The position numbers were made by a program, and so were the translations under genes. This document shows, in pieces, positions 23,999-35,059 of a stretch of DNA of 64,000 nucleotides. How positions within the stretch are numbered: position 1 is the first letter of the stretch; every line of letters starts with the position of its first letter. The stretch is taken from contig NC_086097.1 in NCBI RefSeq assembly GCF_963921235.1, forward strand, positions 218,056,001-218,120,000, read 5' to 3'. Below the pieces are notes generated by a model. That model ran no database searches. It was not told where the DNA came from and worked only from the letters and a program-made list of their open reading frames with translations. Origin of the DNA: Mobula hypostoma (taxonomy: Eukaryota).

Positions 23999-24702
23999 AA
24001 ATCCTAAAGTCAACCCACAACAAGGAGGATTGACAATAGGCGCGACCCACAAACCCGGAGAGGAAACAGAACATACAAAAGATACCGGGGAAAAGGACGC
24101 AACCAATACTTCAATAATGTATATAGCCCAAAGAGAAACAAACTAAAACGTGAAGCCCCTCCCCCCACCCCCCACCCCAAGACCCCAAGGCGAAATCTAA
24201 AGCAGACCCGCCAGAAAGAAGCAAGCGCTAAAACTACCCCCATGACTTCCGGTATACGCTCCCTAAAAAAAAGGTATAAATATGAAAAGGATCAGCTAAT
24301 TGTAAAACAGTAAAAAAATAAGTAAAAAAAAGTTAGCTCAATTAAAATACACACAGAACAGAACAAAAGCCGGAAAGTATATATTAAAAAAAAACCACAA
24401 TAAACCTCAAACTCATGAATAGACACAGCAACAAAAAAAATATGATTATAAAAAGCAAAACAGAATAAAATTTAAAAAAAAACTACAAAATTTAAGGCCG
24501 CACAGGAAATACGTAAGATGACAAAAGGGAAGTAACCACCCAGAATCCCCTGGGAAAAGAAAGAAATGACGCAGTTAAAAAGAAAGTTTAGCAGCCATAT
24601 TAAGAAATCGAAAGTAAACTTTTCTGCCCAAATAGGGCACAGAAAAGTTAAAACCAACCAATTCACAGCCTCCGATCAACGGAGAAAATTAAAAAAAGGC
24701 AA

Positions 24703-25602
24703 TTAAGATGTTGAAGATGAAAGTTGATCCAGATAACTCTGGGCATCCGATGGAGAATCAAAAAAACGAAGGGCTCCATCTAACATGCGAATCCTTAGAC
24801 GTGCAGGGTACAGCAGCGCTGGTCTTAAATCCATCTTATAGAATTCCGACATCACGGATCTGTAACGGACCCGTTGGTCCCAGATTGGTTTACTGAAATC
24901 TTCCACGAATCGGAACTTAAGATCCGAAAAATCAATGAAACCTTTAGATCGAGCGAATCGAAACAGTCTCTCCTTGTCTTGAAAGTAATGAAAACGTAAG
25001 ATAACATGCCTAGGTCTATCTGACCTAGACGAGTATGATGGGATTCTGTGAACACGATCCAGTAGCGGTGGTTGGTCAGGAAATACAGTAGGGAATGCAT
25101 CTTTTAAAAGTTGGGAGAAATATTTCATAGGGTTGTTAGCTTCCACGGCTTCCCTGACGCCAATCATTCGTAAATTCTGCCGTCGCATTCTAGATTCCAA
25201 GTCAGAGTTTTTAAAAGTCAAAAAGTCAAGTTTCTTCTTCATTACATTAATTGTTTCTTCGATTTTCCCCATCTTAAGCTCACTTTGTTGCGCGGATTTT
25301 TGAAGATCAGATATAGCCGACTGATGTTCCGCAATACATGTTTGCATCTTATCAATTAAATCGGCAATTTTCTGGAACTTAGTTGAGATTTCCGTATAAA
25401 TCAGGTCTTTAACAAAGCCCACAATTTCTGTACGAATCATCTCCCTAACAGAGGTTGAAATTTCCCTCTGAATTAACTCCGATATCGCTTTCAAAGTCAC
25501 CGGTGATTCAGTCGGAGGGAGATCCGTAGCTTTCGGTTTAACCGGAGATTTACCATCCTTGCCGTCTTTCCCGTTCTTAGACATAGCCGATCTCAGTATC
25601 AT
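24703..25602 (-). CDS. L1 ORF1p (coiled coil, RRM, CTD), uninterrupted
   Basis: 299-aa ORF with DLESRMRRQNLRMIGV, LDRVHRI, PRHVILRF, FVEDFS and LLYPARLRI motifs. Alternative start at 25584. Confidence 0.9.
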   Translation of the reverse strand: MILRSAMSKNGKDGKDGKSPVKPKATDLPPTESPVTLKAISELIQREISTSVREMIRTEIVGFVKDLIYTEISTKFQKIADLIDKMQTCIAEHQSAISDLQKSAQQSELKMGKIEETINVMKKKLDFLTFKNSDLESRMRRQNLRMIGVREAVEANNPMKYFSQLLKDAFPTVFPDQPPLLDRVHRIPSYSSRSDRPRHVILRFHYFQDKERLFRFARSKGFIDFSDLKFRFVEDFSKPIWDQRVRYRSVMSEFYKMDLRPALLYPARLRIRMLDGALRFFDSPSDAQSYLDQLSSSTS

Positions 25603-25994
25603 CCAATTGTCAGAGAATTCAGTTTAATTCAAAGTATTGTAAAAATTGATGCCTTAATAGTTAATTAAAGTATAGCTGACCATAGAGAGAAAAAACTCAG
25701 AGGTAATGGAGCGAGTCAAGAACGCGACTTCACTCCATGAGCGCTACCGGAAGTCTCAACCTCATCATAACATTCCAGCTCTTATGCTCAATACTTCGAT
25801 TAATAAAGGCCAATGTACCAAAAGCTCTCTTTACGACCCTATCTACCTTTGACGCCACTTTTAGGGAATTTTGTATCTGTATTCCCAGATCCCTCTGTTC
25901 TACTGCACTCCTCAGTGCCTTACCATTTACCCTGTATGGTCTACCTTGGTTTGTCTTTCTAAAGTGTGAGGTATTGCACTTGTCTGTATTAAAC

Positions 25995-28412
25995 AGGGTT
26001 GTTATCATGGGTGACTTTAACTTCCCTAATATTGATTGGCACCTGATTAGTTCCAAGGGTTTAGATGGGACAGAGTTTGTTAAGTGTGTCCAGGACAGAT
26101 TCCTGTCACAGTATGTGGACAGGCAGACTAGGGGGAATGCCATACTAGATCTAGTACTAGGTAATGAACCGGGTCAGGTCACAGATCTCTCAGTGGGTGA
26201 GCATCTGGGGGCAGTAACCACTGCTCCCTGGCCTTTAGCATTACCATGGAAAAGGATAGAATCAGAGAGAACAGAAAAATTTTTAATTGGGGAAGGGCAA
26301 ATTCTGAGGCTATAAGGCTAGAACTTGCGGGTGTGAATTGGGATGATGTTTTTGCAGGGAAATGTACGATGGACATGTGGCCAGTGTTTGGAGATCTCTT
26401 GCAGGATATTAGGGATAAATTTGTTCCGGTGAGGAAGATAAAGAATGGTAGGGTGAAGGAACCATGGGTGACAAGTGAGGTGGAAAATCTAGTCAGGTGG
26501 AAGAAGGCAGCATACATGAGGTTCAGGAAGCAAGGATCAGATGGGTCTATTGAGGAATATAAGGAAGCAAGAAAGGAGCTTAAGGGGCTGAGAAGAGCAA
26601 GAAGGGGGCATGAGAAGGCCTTGGCAAGTAGGGTAAAGGAAAACCCCAAGACATTCTTCAATTATTTGAAGAAAAAAAGGATGACAGGAGTGAAGGTAGG
26701 ACCGATTAGAGATAACGGTAGGAAGATGTGCCTGGAGGCTGTGGAAGTGAGCGAGGTCCTCAATGAATACTTCTCTTCAGTATTCACCAATGAGAGGGAA
26801 CTGGATGGTGAGGACAATATGAGTGAGGTTGATGTTCTGGAGCATGTTGATATTAAGGGAGAGGAGGTGTTGGAGTTGTTAAAATACATTAGGACGGATA
26901 AGTCCCCGGGGCCTGACGGAATATTCTCCAGGCTGCTCCATGAGGCGAGGGAAGAAATTGCTGAGCCTTTGGCTGGGATCTTTATGTCCTCGTCCACGGG
27001 AATGATACCGGAGGATTGGAGGGAGGCAAGTGTTGTCCCCTTGTTCAAAAAAGGTAGTAGGGATAGTCCAGGTAATTATAGACCAGTGAGCCTTACATCT
27101 GTGGTGGGAAAGCTGTTGGAAAAGATTCTTAGAGATAGGATCTCTGGACATTTAGAGAATCATGGTCTGATCAGGGACAGTCAGCATGGCTTTGTGAAGG
27201 GCAGATCGTGTCTAACAAGCCTGATAGAGTTCTTTGAGGAGGTGACCAGGCATATAGATGAGGGTAGTGCAGTGGATGTGATCTATATGGATTTTAGTAA
27301 GGCGTTTGACAAGGTTCCACACGGTAGGCTTATTCAGAAAGTCAGAAGGTATGGGATCCAGGGAAGTTTGGCCAGGTGGATTCAGAATTGGCTTGCCTTC
27401 AGAAGGCAGAAGGTCGTGGTGGAGGGAGTACATTCAGATTGGAGGATTGTGACTAGTGGTGTCCCACAAGGATCTGTTTTGGGACAACTACTTTTCATGA
27501 TTTTTATTAACGACGTGGATGTTGGGGTAGAGGGGTGGGTTGGCAAGTTTGCAGATGACACAAAGGTTGGTGGTGTTGTAGATAGTGTATAGGATTGTCA
27601 AAGATTGCAGGGAGACATTGATAGGATGCAGAAGTGGGCTGAGAAGTGGCAGATGGAGTTCAACCCGGAGAAGTGTGAGGTGGTACACTTTGGAAGGACA
27701 AACTCCAAGGCAGAGTACAAAGTAAATGGCAGGATACTTGGTAGTGTGGAGGAGCAGAGGGATCTGGGGGTACATGTCCACAGATCCCTGAAAGTTGCCT
27801 CACAGGTGGATAGGGTAGTTAAGAAAGCTTATGGGGTGTTAGCTTTCATAAGTCGAGGGACAGAGTTTAAGAGTCGCGATGTAATGTTGCAGCTCTAGAA
27901 AGCTCTTGTTTGGCCACATTTGGAGTACTGTGTCCGGTTCTGGTCGATGTGGAAGCATTGGAAAGGGTACAGAGGAGATTTACCATGTTGCTGCCTGGTT
28001 TAGGGAGTATGCATTATGATCAGAGATTAAGGGAGCTAGGGCTTTACTCTTTGGAGAGAAGGAGGATGAGAGGAGACATGATAGAGGTGTACAAGATAAT
28101 AAGAGGAATAGATAGAGTGGATAGCCAGCACCTCTTCCCCAGGGCAACACTGCTCAATACAAGAGGACATGGCTTTAAGGTAAGGGGTGGGAAGTTCAAG
28201 GGGGATATTAGAGGAAGGTTTTTTACTCAGAGAGTGGTTGGTGCGTGGAATGCACTGCCTGAGTCAGTGGTGAAGGCAGATACACTAGTGAAGTTTAAGA
28301 GAATACTAGACAGGAATTTAAGGTGAGGGCTTATACGGGAGGCAGGGTTTGAGGGTCGGCACAACATTGTGGGCCGAAGGGCCTGTACTGTTCTGTACTA
28401 TTCTATGTTCTA
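25995..28412 (+). mobile_element. Young 5'-truncated CR1 LINE inserted antisense into another CR1
   Basis: 448-aa RT ORF at 26246-27592 (QHGF, DFSKAFD, GVPQGS, FADD), TTCTATGTTCTA tail, and TSD TAAAC (25990-25994, 28413-28417). Confidence 0.92.
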
Positions 28413-31400
28413 TAAACTCCATCTGCCATTTTTCAGCCCATATTTCCAGCTGGTCCAAATCCCTCTGCAAGCTTTGAAAACCTTCCTCACTGTCCACTAC
28501 ACCTCCAATCTTTGTATCATCAGCAAATTTGCTGATCTGCTTTACTACATTATCATCCAGATCATTGATATAGATGACAAATAACAATGGACCCAGCACT
28601 GATCCCTGTGGCACACCACTAGTCACAGGCCTCCACTCAGAGAAGCAATCCTCTACTACCACTCTTTGGCTTCTTCCATCGAGCCAATTTCTAATTCAAT
28701 TTACTACCTCTCCGTGTATACCAAGCGACTGAATTTTCCTAACTAACCTCCCATGCGGAATCTTGTCAAAGGCCTTACTGAAGTCCATGTTGACAGCATC
28801 CACTGCCTTCCCTTCATCCACTTTCCTGGTAACCTCCTCGAAAAACTCCAATAGATTGGTCAAACATGACGTACCACACACAAAGCCATGTTGACTCTCC
28901 CTAATAAGCCCCTGTCTATCCAAATGCTTGTAGATTCTGTCTCTTAGTACTGCCCCCAATAACTTACCCACTATCGATATCAAACTTACTGGCCTATAAT
29001 TTCCTGGATTACTTTTCGATCCTTTTTTAAACAACGGAACAACATGAGCCATTCTCCACTCCTCCGGCACCTCACTCGTAGACACTGACATTTTAAATAT
29101 ATCTGCCAGGACCCCTGCAATTTCAACACTAGTCTCCTTCAAGGTCCGAGGGAATACCCTGTCAGGACCTGGGGATTTATCCACTTTATTTTGCCTCAAG
29201 ATAGCAAGCACCTCCCCCTTTTCAATCTGTACAGTTTCCATGATCTCACTACTTGTTTCCCTTAATTCCATAGACTCCATGCCAGTTTCCTTAGTAAATA
29301 CAGACGCAAAAAACACATTTAAGATCTCCCCCATTTCTTTTGGTTCCGCACATAGCCGACCACTCTGATCTTCAAGAGGACCAATTTTATCCCTTACAAT
29401 CCTTTTACTCTTAATATACCTGTAAAAGCTCTTTGGATTATCCTTCACTTTGACTCCCAAGGCAACCTCATGTCTTCTTTTAGCCCTCCTGATTTCCTTC
29501 TTAAGTATTTTCTTGCACTTTTTGTACTCCTCAAGCACCTTATTTACTCCCTATTTCCTATACATGTCATACAACTCTCTCTTCTTCTTTATCAGAGTTG
29601 CAATATCCCTTGAGAACCAAGGTTCCTTATTCCTATTCACTTTGCCTTTAATCCTGACAGGAACATACATGCTCTGCACTCTCAAAGTTTCTCCTTTGAA
29701 GCCTTCCCACTTACCAATCACATCTTTGCCAGAGAACAATCCACGCTTTTTAGATCCTTTCTCATTTCTTCAAATTTGGCCTTCTTCCAGTTTAGAACCT
29801 CAACCCTAGGACCAGATCTATCTTTATCCATGATCAAGTTGAAACTAATGGTGTTATGATCACTGGAACCAAAGTGCTCCCCTACACACACTTCCGTCAC
29901 TTGTCCTAACTCATTTCCTAATAGGATATCTAATATTGCATCCCCTCTAGTTGGTACCTCTGTATATTGATTTAGAAAACTTTCCTGAACACATTTTACA
30001 AACTCTAACCCACCTAGACCCCTAACAGTATGGGAGTCCCAATCAATAGGTGGAAAATTAAAATCCCCTACCACCACAACTTTACGTTTCCTGCAGTTGC
30101 CTGCTATCTCTCTGCAGATTTGCTTCTCCAATTCTCGCTGACTATTGGGTGGTCTATAATACAACCCCACTAATGTGGCCATACCTTTCCTGTTTCTCAG
30201 CTCCACCCATAAGGACTCAGTGGACAAGCCCTCTAATCTATCCTGCCTGAGCACTGCTGTAATATTTTCCCTGACAAGCAATGCTACCCGCCCCCCCCCC
30301 CCACCACCTTTCATTCCTCTGCCTCCATCACATCTGAAACATCAGAACCCTGGAATATTAAGCTGCCAGTCCTGCCCCTTATGTAGCCAAGTTTCACTAA
30401 TTGCTATAACGTCATAATTCCACGTGTCAATCCACGCCCTCAACTCGTCTGCCTTCCCCGCAATACTCCTAGCATTGAAATATATATACCTCAGAAGATT
30501 TTTACCACCACTCACAACCTCTCTATTTGCAGCTCTGCTTGAACTTTTAACATAATTTATTTTCACCCCAGCCCCACTGTCAACTCTGGTACTGTGATTC
30601 CCATCCCCCTGCAAATCTAGTTTAAAGCCCCCCCCAATAGCATTAACAAACCTCCCTGAAAGGATATTGGTCCCCCTGTAGTTAAAGTGTAACCCGTCTC
30701 TCTTGTACAGGTCCCACCTGCCCCGGAAGAGGTCCCAATTATCCTGAAATCTTGAAACCCTGCCCCCTGCACCAGTTCCTCAGCCACTTGTTCATCCTCC
30801 AGAGCATCCTATTCTTACCCTCACTGGCATGTAGCACAGGTAGCAATCCTGAGATTACCACCCTCGAGGTCCTGCTTTTCAACTTCCTACCAAGCTCTCT
30901 ATACTTACTCTCCAGGACCTCCTCACTCTTCCTTGCTATGTCATTGGTACCGATGTGCAGCATGACATCCGGCTGATCACCCTCCCACTTCAGAATGTCA
31001 TGCAAGCGATCAGAGACATCCTTGACCCTGGCACCTGGGAGGCAACAAACCATCCTGGATTCTCTGTCACGACCACAGAACCTCCTATCTGCACCTCTAA
31101 CTATCGAGTCCCCTATCACTACCGCTCTCCTCTTTTTCCCCCCTCCCTTCTGCACTGCAGAGCCAGACCAGTGCCAGAGATCCGGCTACTGCAGCTTGTC
31201 CCAGGTAAGTCATCCCCCCCCAGCAGTATCCAATGCGGTATACTTGTTGAGGGGAATGGCCACAGGGGAACCCTGCTCTGCCTGCCCTTTCCCCTTCCCT
31301 CGCCTGACAGTGACCCAATTTCCTGTCCTCTGCTCCTTCTATTAGATGGTTCCGAATTACTGCCAGAAACTAGCCGTTGCATCTGTAGTCGTCCCAGCTA

Positions 31401-32423
31401 GTATCCCCTTCCAGTGAACTTGGCCGGCTCTACTCACATGTCTCTGTAGTTATCCTTAGTCAACTGAACACCAATATATCTGATTTTAGCTTTCCCCTCT
31501 CAAGCTGCAGGGTGAATTCTATTATTTTATGATCACTGCCTCCCAAGGGTTCCTTTACTTTAAGCTTCCTAATCAGATCGGGTTCATAACACAACATCCA
31601 GCTCAGAATTGTATTTTCCCTAGTGGGCTGGACTACAAGCTGCTCTAAGAATCTTTTTCATAGGCATTCTACAAATTCCTTCTCTTCTGATCAAACACTG
31701 ACTTGATTTTCCCCATGAATATTGTAACATTTTCCTCTTGACATGCCTTTCCTCTCTCTCATTGTAATTTGTACCTCACATCCTGGTTACCGTTCAGAGG
31801 CTTGTATATAATCCCATCAGGGTCTTTGCAGTTCCTTAACTCTACCTACGAGGATTTTACATATTCTAATCCTATGTTACTTTTTACTAAGGATTTAATT
31901 TCATATCTTCTTACCAGAAGAGCCACCCCACCCCTCTGCCCACCTGCCTGCCTTCTTGACACAATGTGTATAAGCTTCCAATTGTGATCTGCCAATTTCT
32001 AATTGTGCTACCTTATTTTGTATACTACATGCATTCAAGTAAATGAGTGCCTCTTATGAATGAATGAACCTCTTTTAAAAAAATGTTGTCCTCATGTTGC
32101 CTTAAGTTAAATTTTAACCCTTTCTAAGCCTTTTGTCTTGTTCTTTATTATAGAGACCAGTAACCTCTCCTTTCCTTTTACACCTCAGCTCCCTTTAAAA
32201 TTATGTGCAGTTGTTTTTGATACCCTTACCATGGGAAAAAAAGATTTCATCTATGCCGGTCAATCAGGCATGTCTTCAGGTTACCCCTCAGTCCTTGCTC
32301 TTGGGAAAACTGGTCAAGCCTTTCCCATCATCCTGATAAATCTCTGTACTCTCTCTAGTGCAGTTACATCCCTTCTGTAATATGATCAGAACAGCAATTC
32401 ATACTCCAAGTGTGATCTAAGTA

Positions 32424-34035
32424 CAGTCGACCTTCACTAATCTGACTACCTGTAATCTGGTTCCTTCGATAATCCGGCAGTGATTTCAAATATGCTGCAC
32501 ATTGTTTTGATTGCGCTAGATCTGTTCACGTGTTGGTGCGCTCTTGTAAGCACAGACAGGCGATTCCTGCATTTATTAATATCATTGGCTCTTCTTTAGC
32601 CCCAATTATGGCCCCACTGAGTAAAGGAAATGCACCTCGTGCTGTGAAGCGAAAACACCGCACATTATCGATTAAAGATAAGGTTGAACTCTTGGAAAAA
32701 AACTGGACAGCGGTGTATCGGTGAAAAGCTTGTGCGAATGTTACAACATTGGCTCTTCCACAGTGTACGATATAAAGAAACAGAAAGAAAGACTGCTACA
32801 TTTTTTTGCTGATGGTGGCTCAAAGAAACAGATGTGCGTAAGAAAAACAATGAAAGACGGAAGAGGTTTGGAACTAGATAAAGTGCTGGTGACGTGGTTT
32901 AATCTTCGTGTAAGTGAAGGTGTTGAACTATCTGGAGATATGGTGAAGGAATGAAGAACTAGGACTATAGTGAAGGCTGGCTTCATCGGTTTAAGCAGCG
33001 TCATGGCTTACAGTTCCGTGCAGTGTGTGGTGAAAAAAGTTCAGCAGACAAGGAAGCAGCAGCAGAGTTTGTTGACGAGTTTGCCAAGTTAGTCTCCGAT
33101 GGAAAAATTAAGCCCTGAGCAAGTGTACAATGCTGATGAAACTGCTTTGCATTGGAGATGTACACCAAGAAGAACTCTTACCAACAGCAGATGCAGAATC
33201 GCCAACAGGGTATAAGGCATCGAGAGGCAATTTTGCATCAAGGTTCAATGATGACAATGTTAAAGAATGGAAGAATATAGATGAAGATGAGCCTACTGTT
33301 CAACATTATACTGACTCAGAAATCGTGCAGATGGTTGTACATCCAGAGAAGGAAGATACTGGAGAAAGCAGTGATGAAGATGAGGAAGTTGTAGTGGAGG
33401 TACTTTCTATTGACAGGCTAATTAAGTTGACAGGTGAATTGCTGAAAGGATTAGAACAACGATGTTTTATAACTGAGCAAGAAATAATGTTTATATGCTG
33501 CAGGGTAAGTTAATCAGAGAGAGACTAAAATATATGAAGCAGCTTACCTTGGAAGATATGTTTTAAAAAATTGCTAGAAAAAGTGCAACGGGGAGCTAAC
33601 GCTTCAAAATCCAGTGCCATCAACTTCTGCTCACCCAGATGTGCTTCCACCAACATCAACAGTTTTTGAAGAAACTGTTGTGCCAGTTTCAGCACCAGTT
33701 CCTAATGCTTCACTCATTTTTCAAGATGAAGATGTTGATGATCCTGATAACCCCACACTTGCAACTTTGCCTGAAGGTATATTAAATGTCTCACTTTAGA
33801 AGCGGAAGTGCTCAACTTTCCTGTATAATTTAATTCTTGTACATTTACCTGTATCCTTTATTTTGTCTGTGCCTGTACAGTATACTTTAAAATTTCACTT
33901 GCTACTCAGTTAATATTTCTGTTTCATTATTATCTAACTTGTACTGATTTACATGATATTTTAAAGGTCGCTTAATGTGATCCTTCTGTAATTCGGCATT
34001 TTCACTAATCCGGCACTCCTCAGATCCCAGTGGTG
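32424..34035 (+). mobile_element. Tigger/pogo (CENP-B/Jerky-like) transposon, internally deleted
   Basis: TA|CAGTCGACCTTCACTAATC left end. HTH-psq (KRKHRTLSIKDKVELL, IGSSTVYDIKK), CENP-B HTH (LDKVLVTWF, SEGWLHRFKQRHG) and VYNADET remain; most of the DDD domain and the right TIR are missing. Confidence 0.85.
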
Positions 34036-34339
34036 TAAATTTGCAATACAAGGGCTTTTATATTATCTGCCTTGATCTAAGAAAGTAAGCATGTTCTTCC
34101 CCACCCTCTCTCCCCATATTGCAGGAAACTGTGAACTTGATCGTCAAATGTCCCTCTGTTCATCAACTAGTTTTACTAGTCACTGTACATCTTCTGGCGC
34201 AATTTGAATCTCAAATATCCTGTCCAGATTTCTTGCTGTTTTGGCTATTTCACTATTAATTGTTAATTGCAATTTTTATTTGAAATGAAATTCATGAAAC
34301 TTGCAATATGGGTTTGTTAACATTTACTGTCTTTGCTAG

Positions 34340-34566
34340 GTAATATCACAGTGGAAGATGATGACATTCTGAGCCAATTCATTTCAAAAGATCAGGGAAG
34401 GCCAGTCTCTGTTGAAACAGAGGCTACGGAGGTATGGTTACGACCAGGAACATCAGAAACTTTAAAGAGGTTTATGTCTGATCACACACAGCTTGACCGA
34501 GGACCTTCAGCCAATACATCTGCTTTCAACTGGAGAAGTCAAAGGCACTTTACAATAAATGACTGA
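34340..34566 (+). CDS. CSPP1: CSPP1 last coding exon
   Basis: CTTTGCTAG acceptor ends at 34339, phase 1. Encodes NITVEDDDILSQF...TEVWLRPGTSETLKRFM...*, and WLRPGTSETLKRFM is the conserved CSPP1 C-terminal motif. Synteny with ARFGEF1 fits. Confidence 0.93.
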
Positions 34567-34947
34567 TTTGGCTGGGAAAATTAATGAATATATTTGCCTT
34601 CATGAGGGAAAAGTAGACATTATTGCTGCACTTTGTTACTTGGGTAAAGTTCAGGTTATTGTATACAAATGATTTTCTCCTGCAAACCAATTTGTGGCCT
34701 TTAATGAAATGCAAAACAACCTCAAAGAATCTTTTATCTATTTGCTGTTTTTCACCAAACGTATATTGAAATGATTTCCACATGATCAACAATTCAGAAA
34801 ATTACACTGGAAAAGGTCGAATCAAATTTTGAATATTAAACCTGGCACCAACCTGTGCTGCTAACTGAATGTAACTTCTATTTTTTTCATTCATGATTTT
34901 ATAACTTATGTTGATATTCAAATTTGTTGCAATGAACGTGTGTTTAA

Positions 34948-34953
34948 AATAAA
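34948..34953 (+). promoter_or_regulatory. Candidate CSPP1 polyadenylation signal
   Basis: AATAAA about 380 bp after the stop, within unique AT-rich sequence ending where repeats resume near 35060. ATTAAA at 35051 is an alternative. Confidence 0.45.
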
Positions 34954-35059
34954 TCTTAGTAAAGCTGTATTTTAAAAGGAAATTTATAGTTACCTCAGCA
35001 TTGATATATAATACAGATGCAGGTATGACTATTCTTCCTGTGCCCTGTGTATTAAACAT

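Larger units (their letters stand above)
23039..25756 (-). mobile_element. L1-clade LINE with intact 5' end, 3'-truncated after the endonuclease domain, 18-bp TSD
   Basis: TSD CAACCTCATCATAACATT (23021-23038, 25757-25774). 5' end AGACTTCCGG. ORF1, a spacer of about 700 bp and ORF2 EN are present; no RT and no poly(A). Confidence 0.92.
22443..31340 (-). mobile_element. Near full-length CR1 LINE hosting two younger insertions
   Basis: 3' tail at 22443-22460. ORF2 pieces at 30342-30614, 29718-30314, 28696-29538 and 28418-28662 (FADD); ORF1 at 30739-31155. Contiguous once 23039-25756 and 25995-28412 are removed. Confidence 0.9.

Noticed and set aside
25757..26000. Apparent 5' inversion (twin priming) of one CR1
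   Set aside because: The TAAAC TSD and the continuation of the minus-strand CR1 at 28418 show two independent nested elements.
32608..33800. Domesticated TIGD/Jerky-like host gene
   Set aside because: Frameshifts, stops, a deleted catalytic domain and a retained transposon end indicate a dead Tigger copy.
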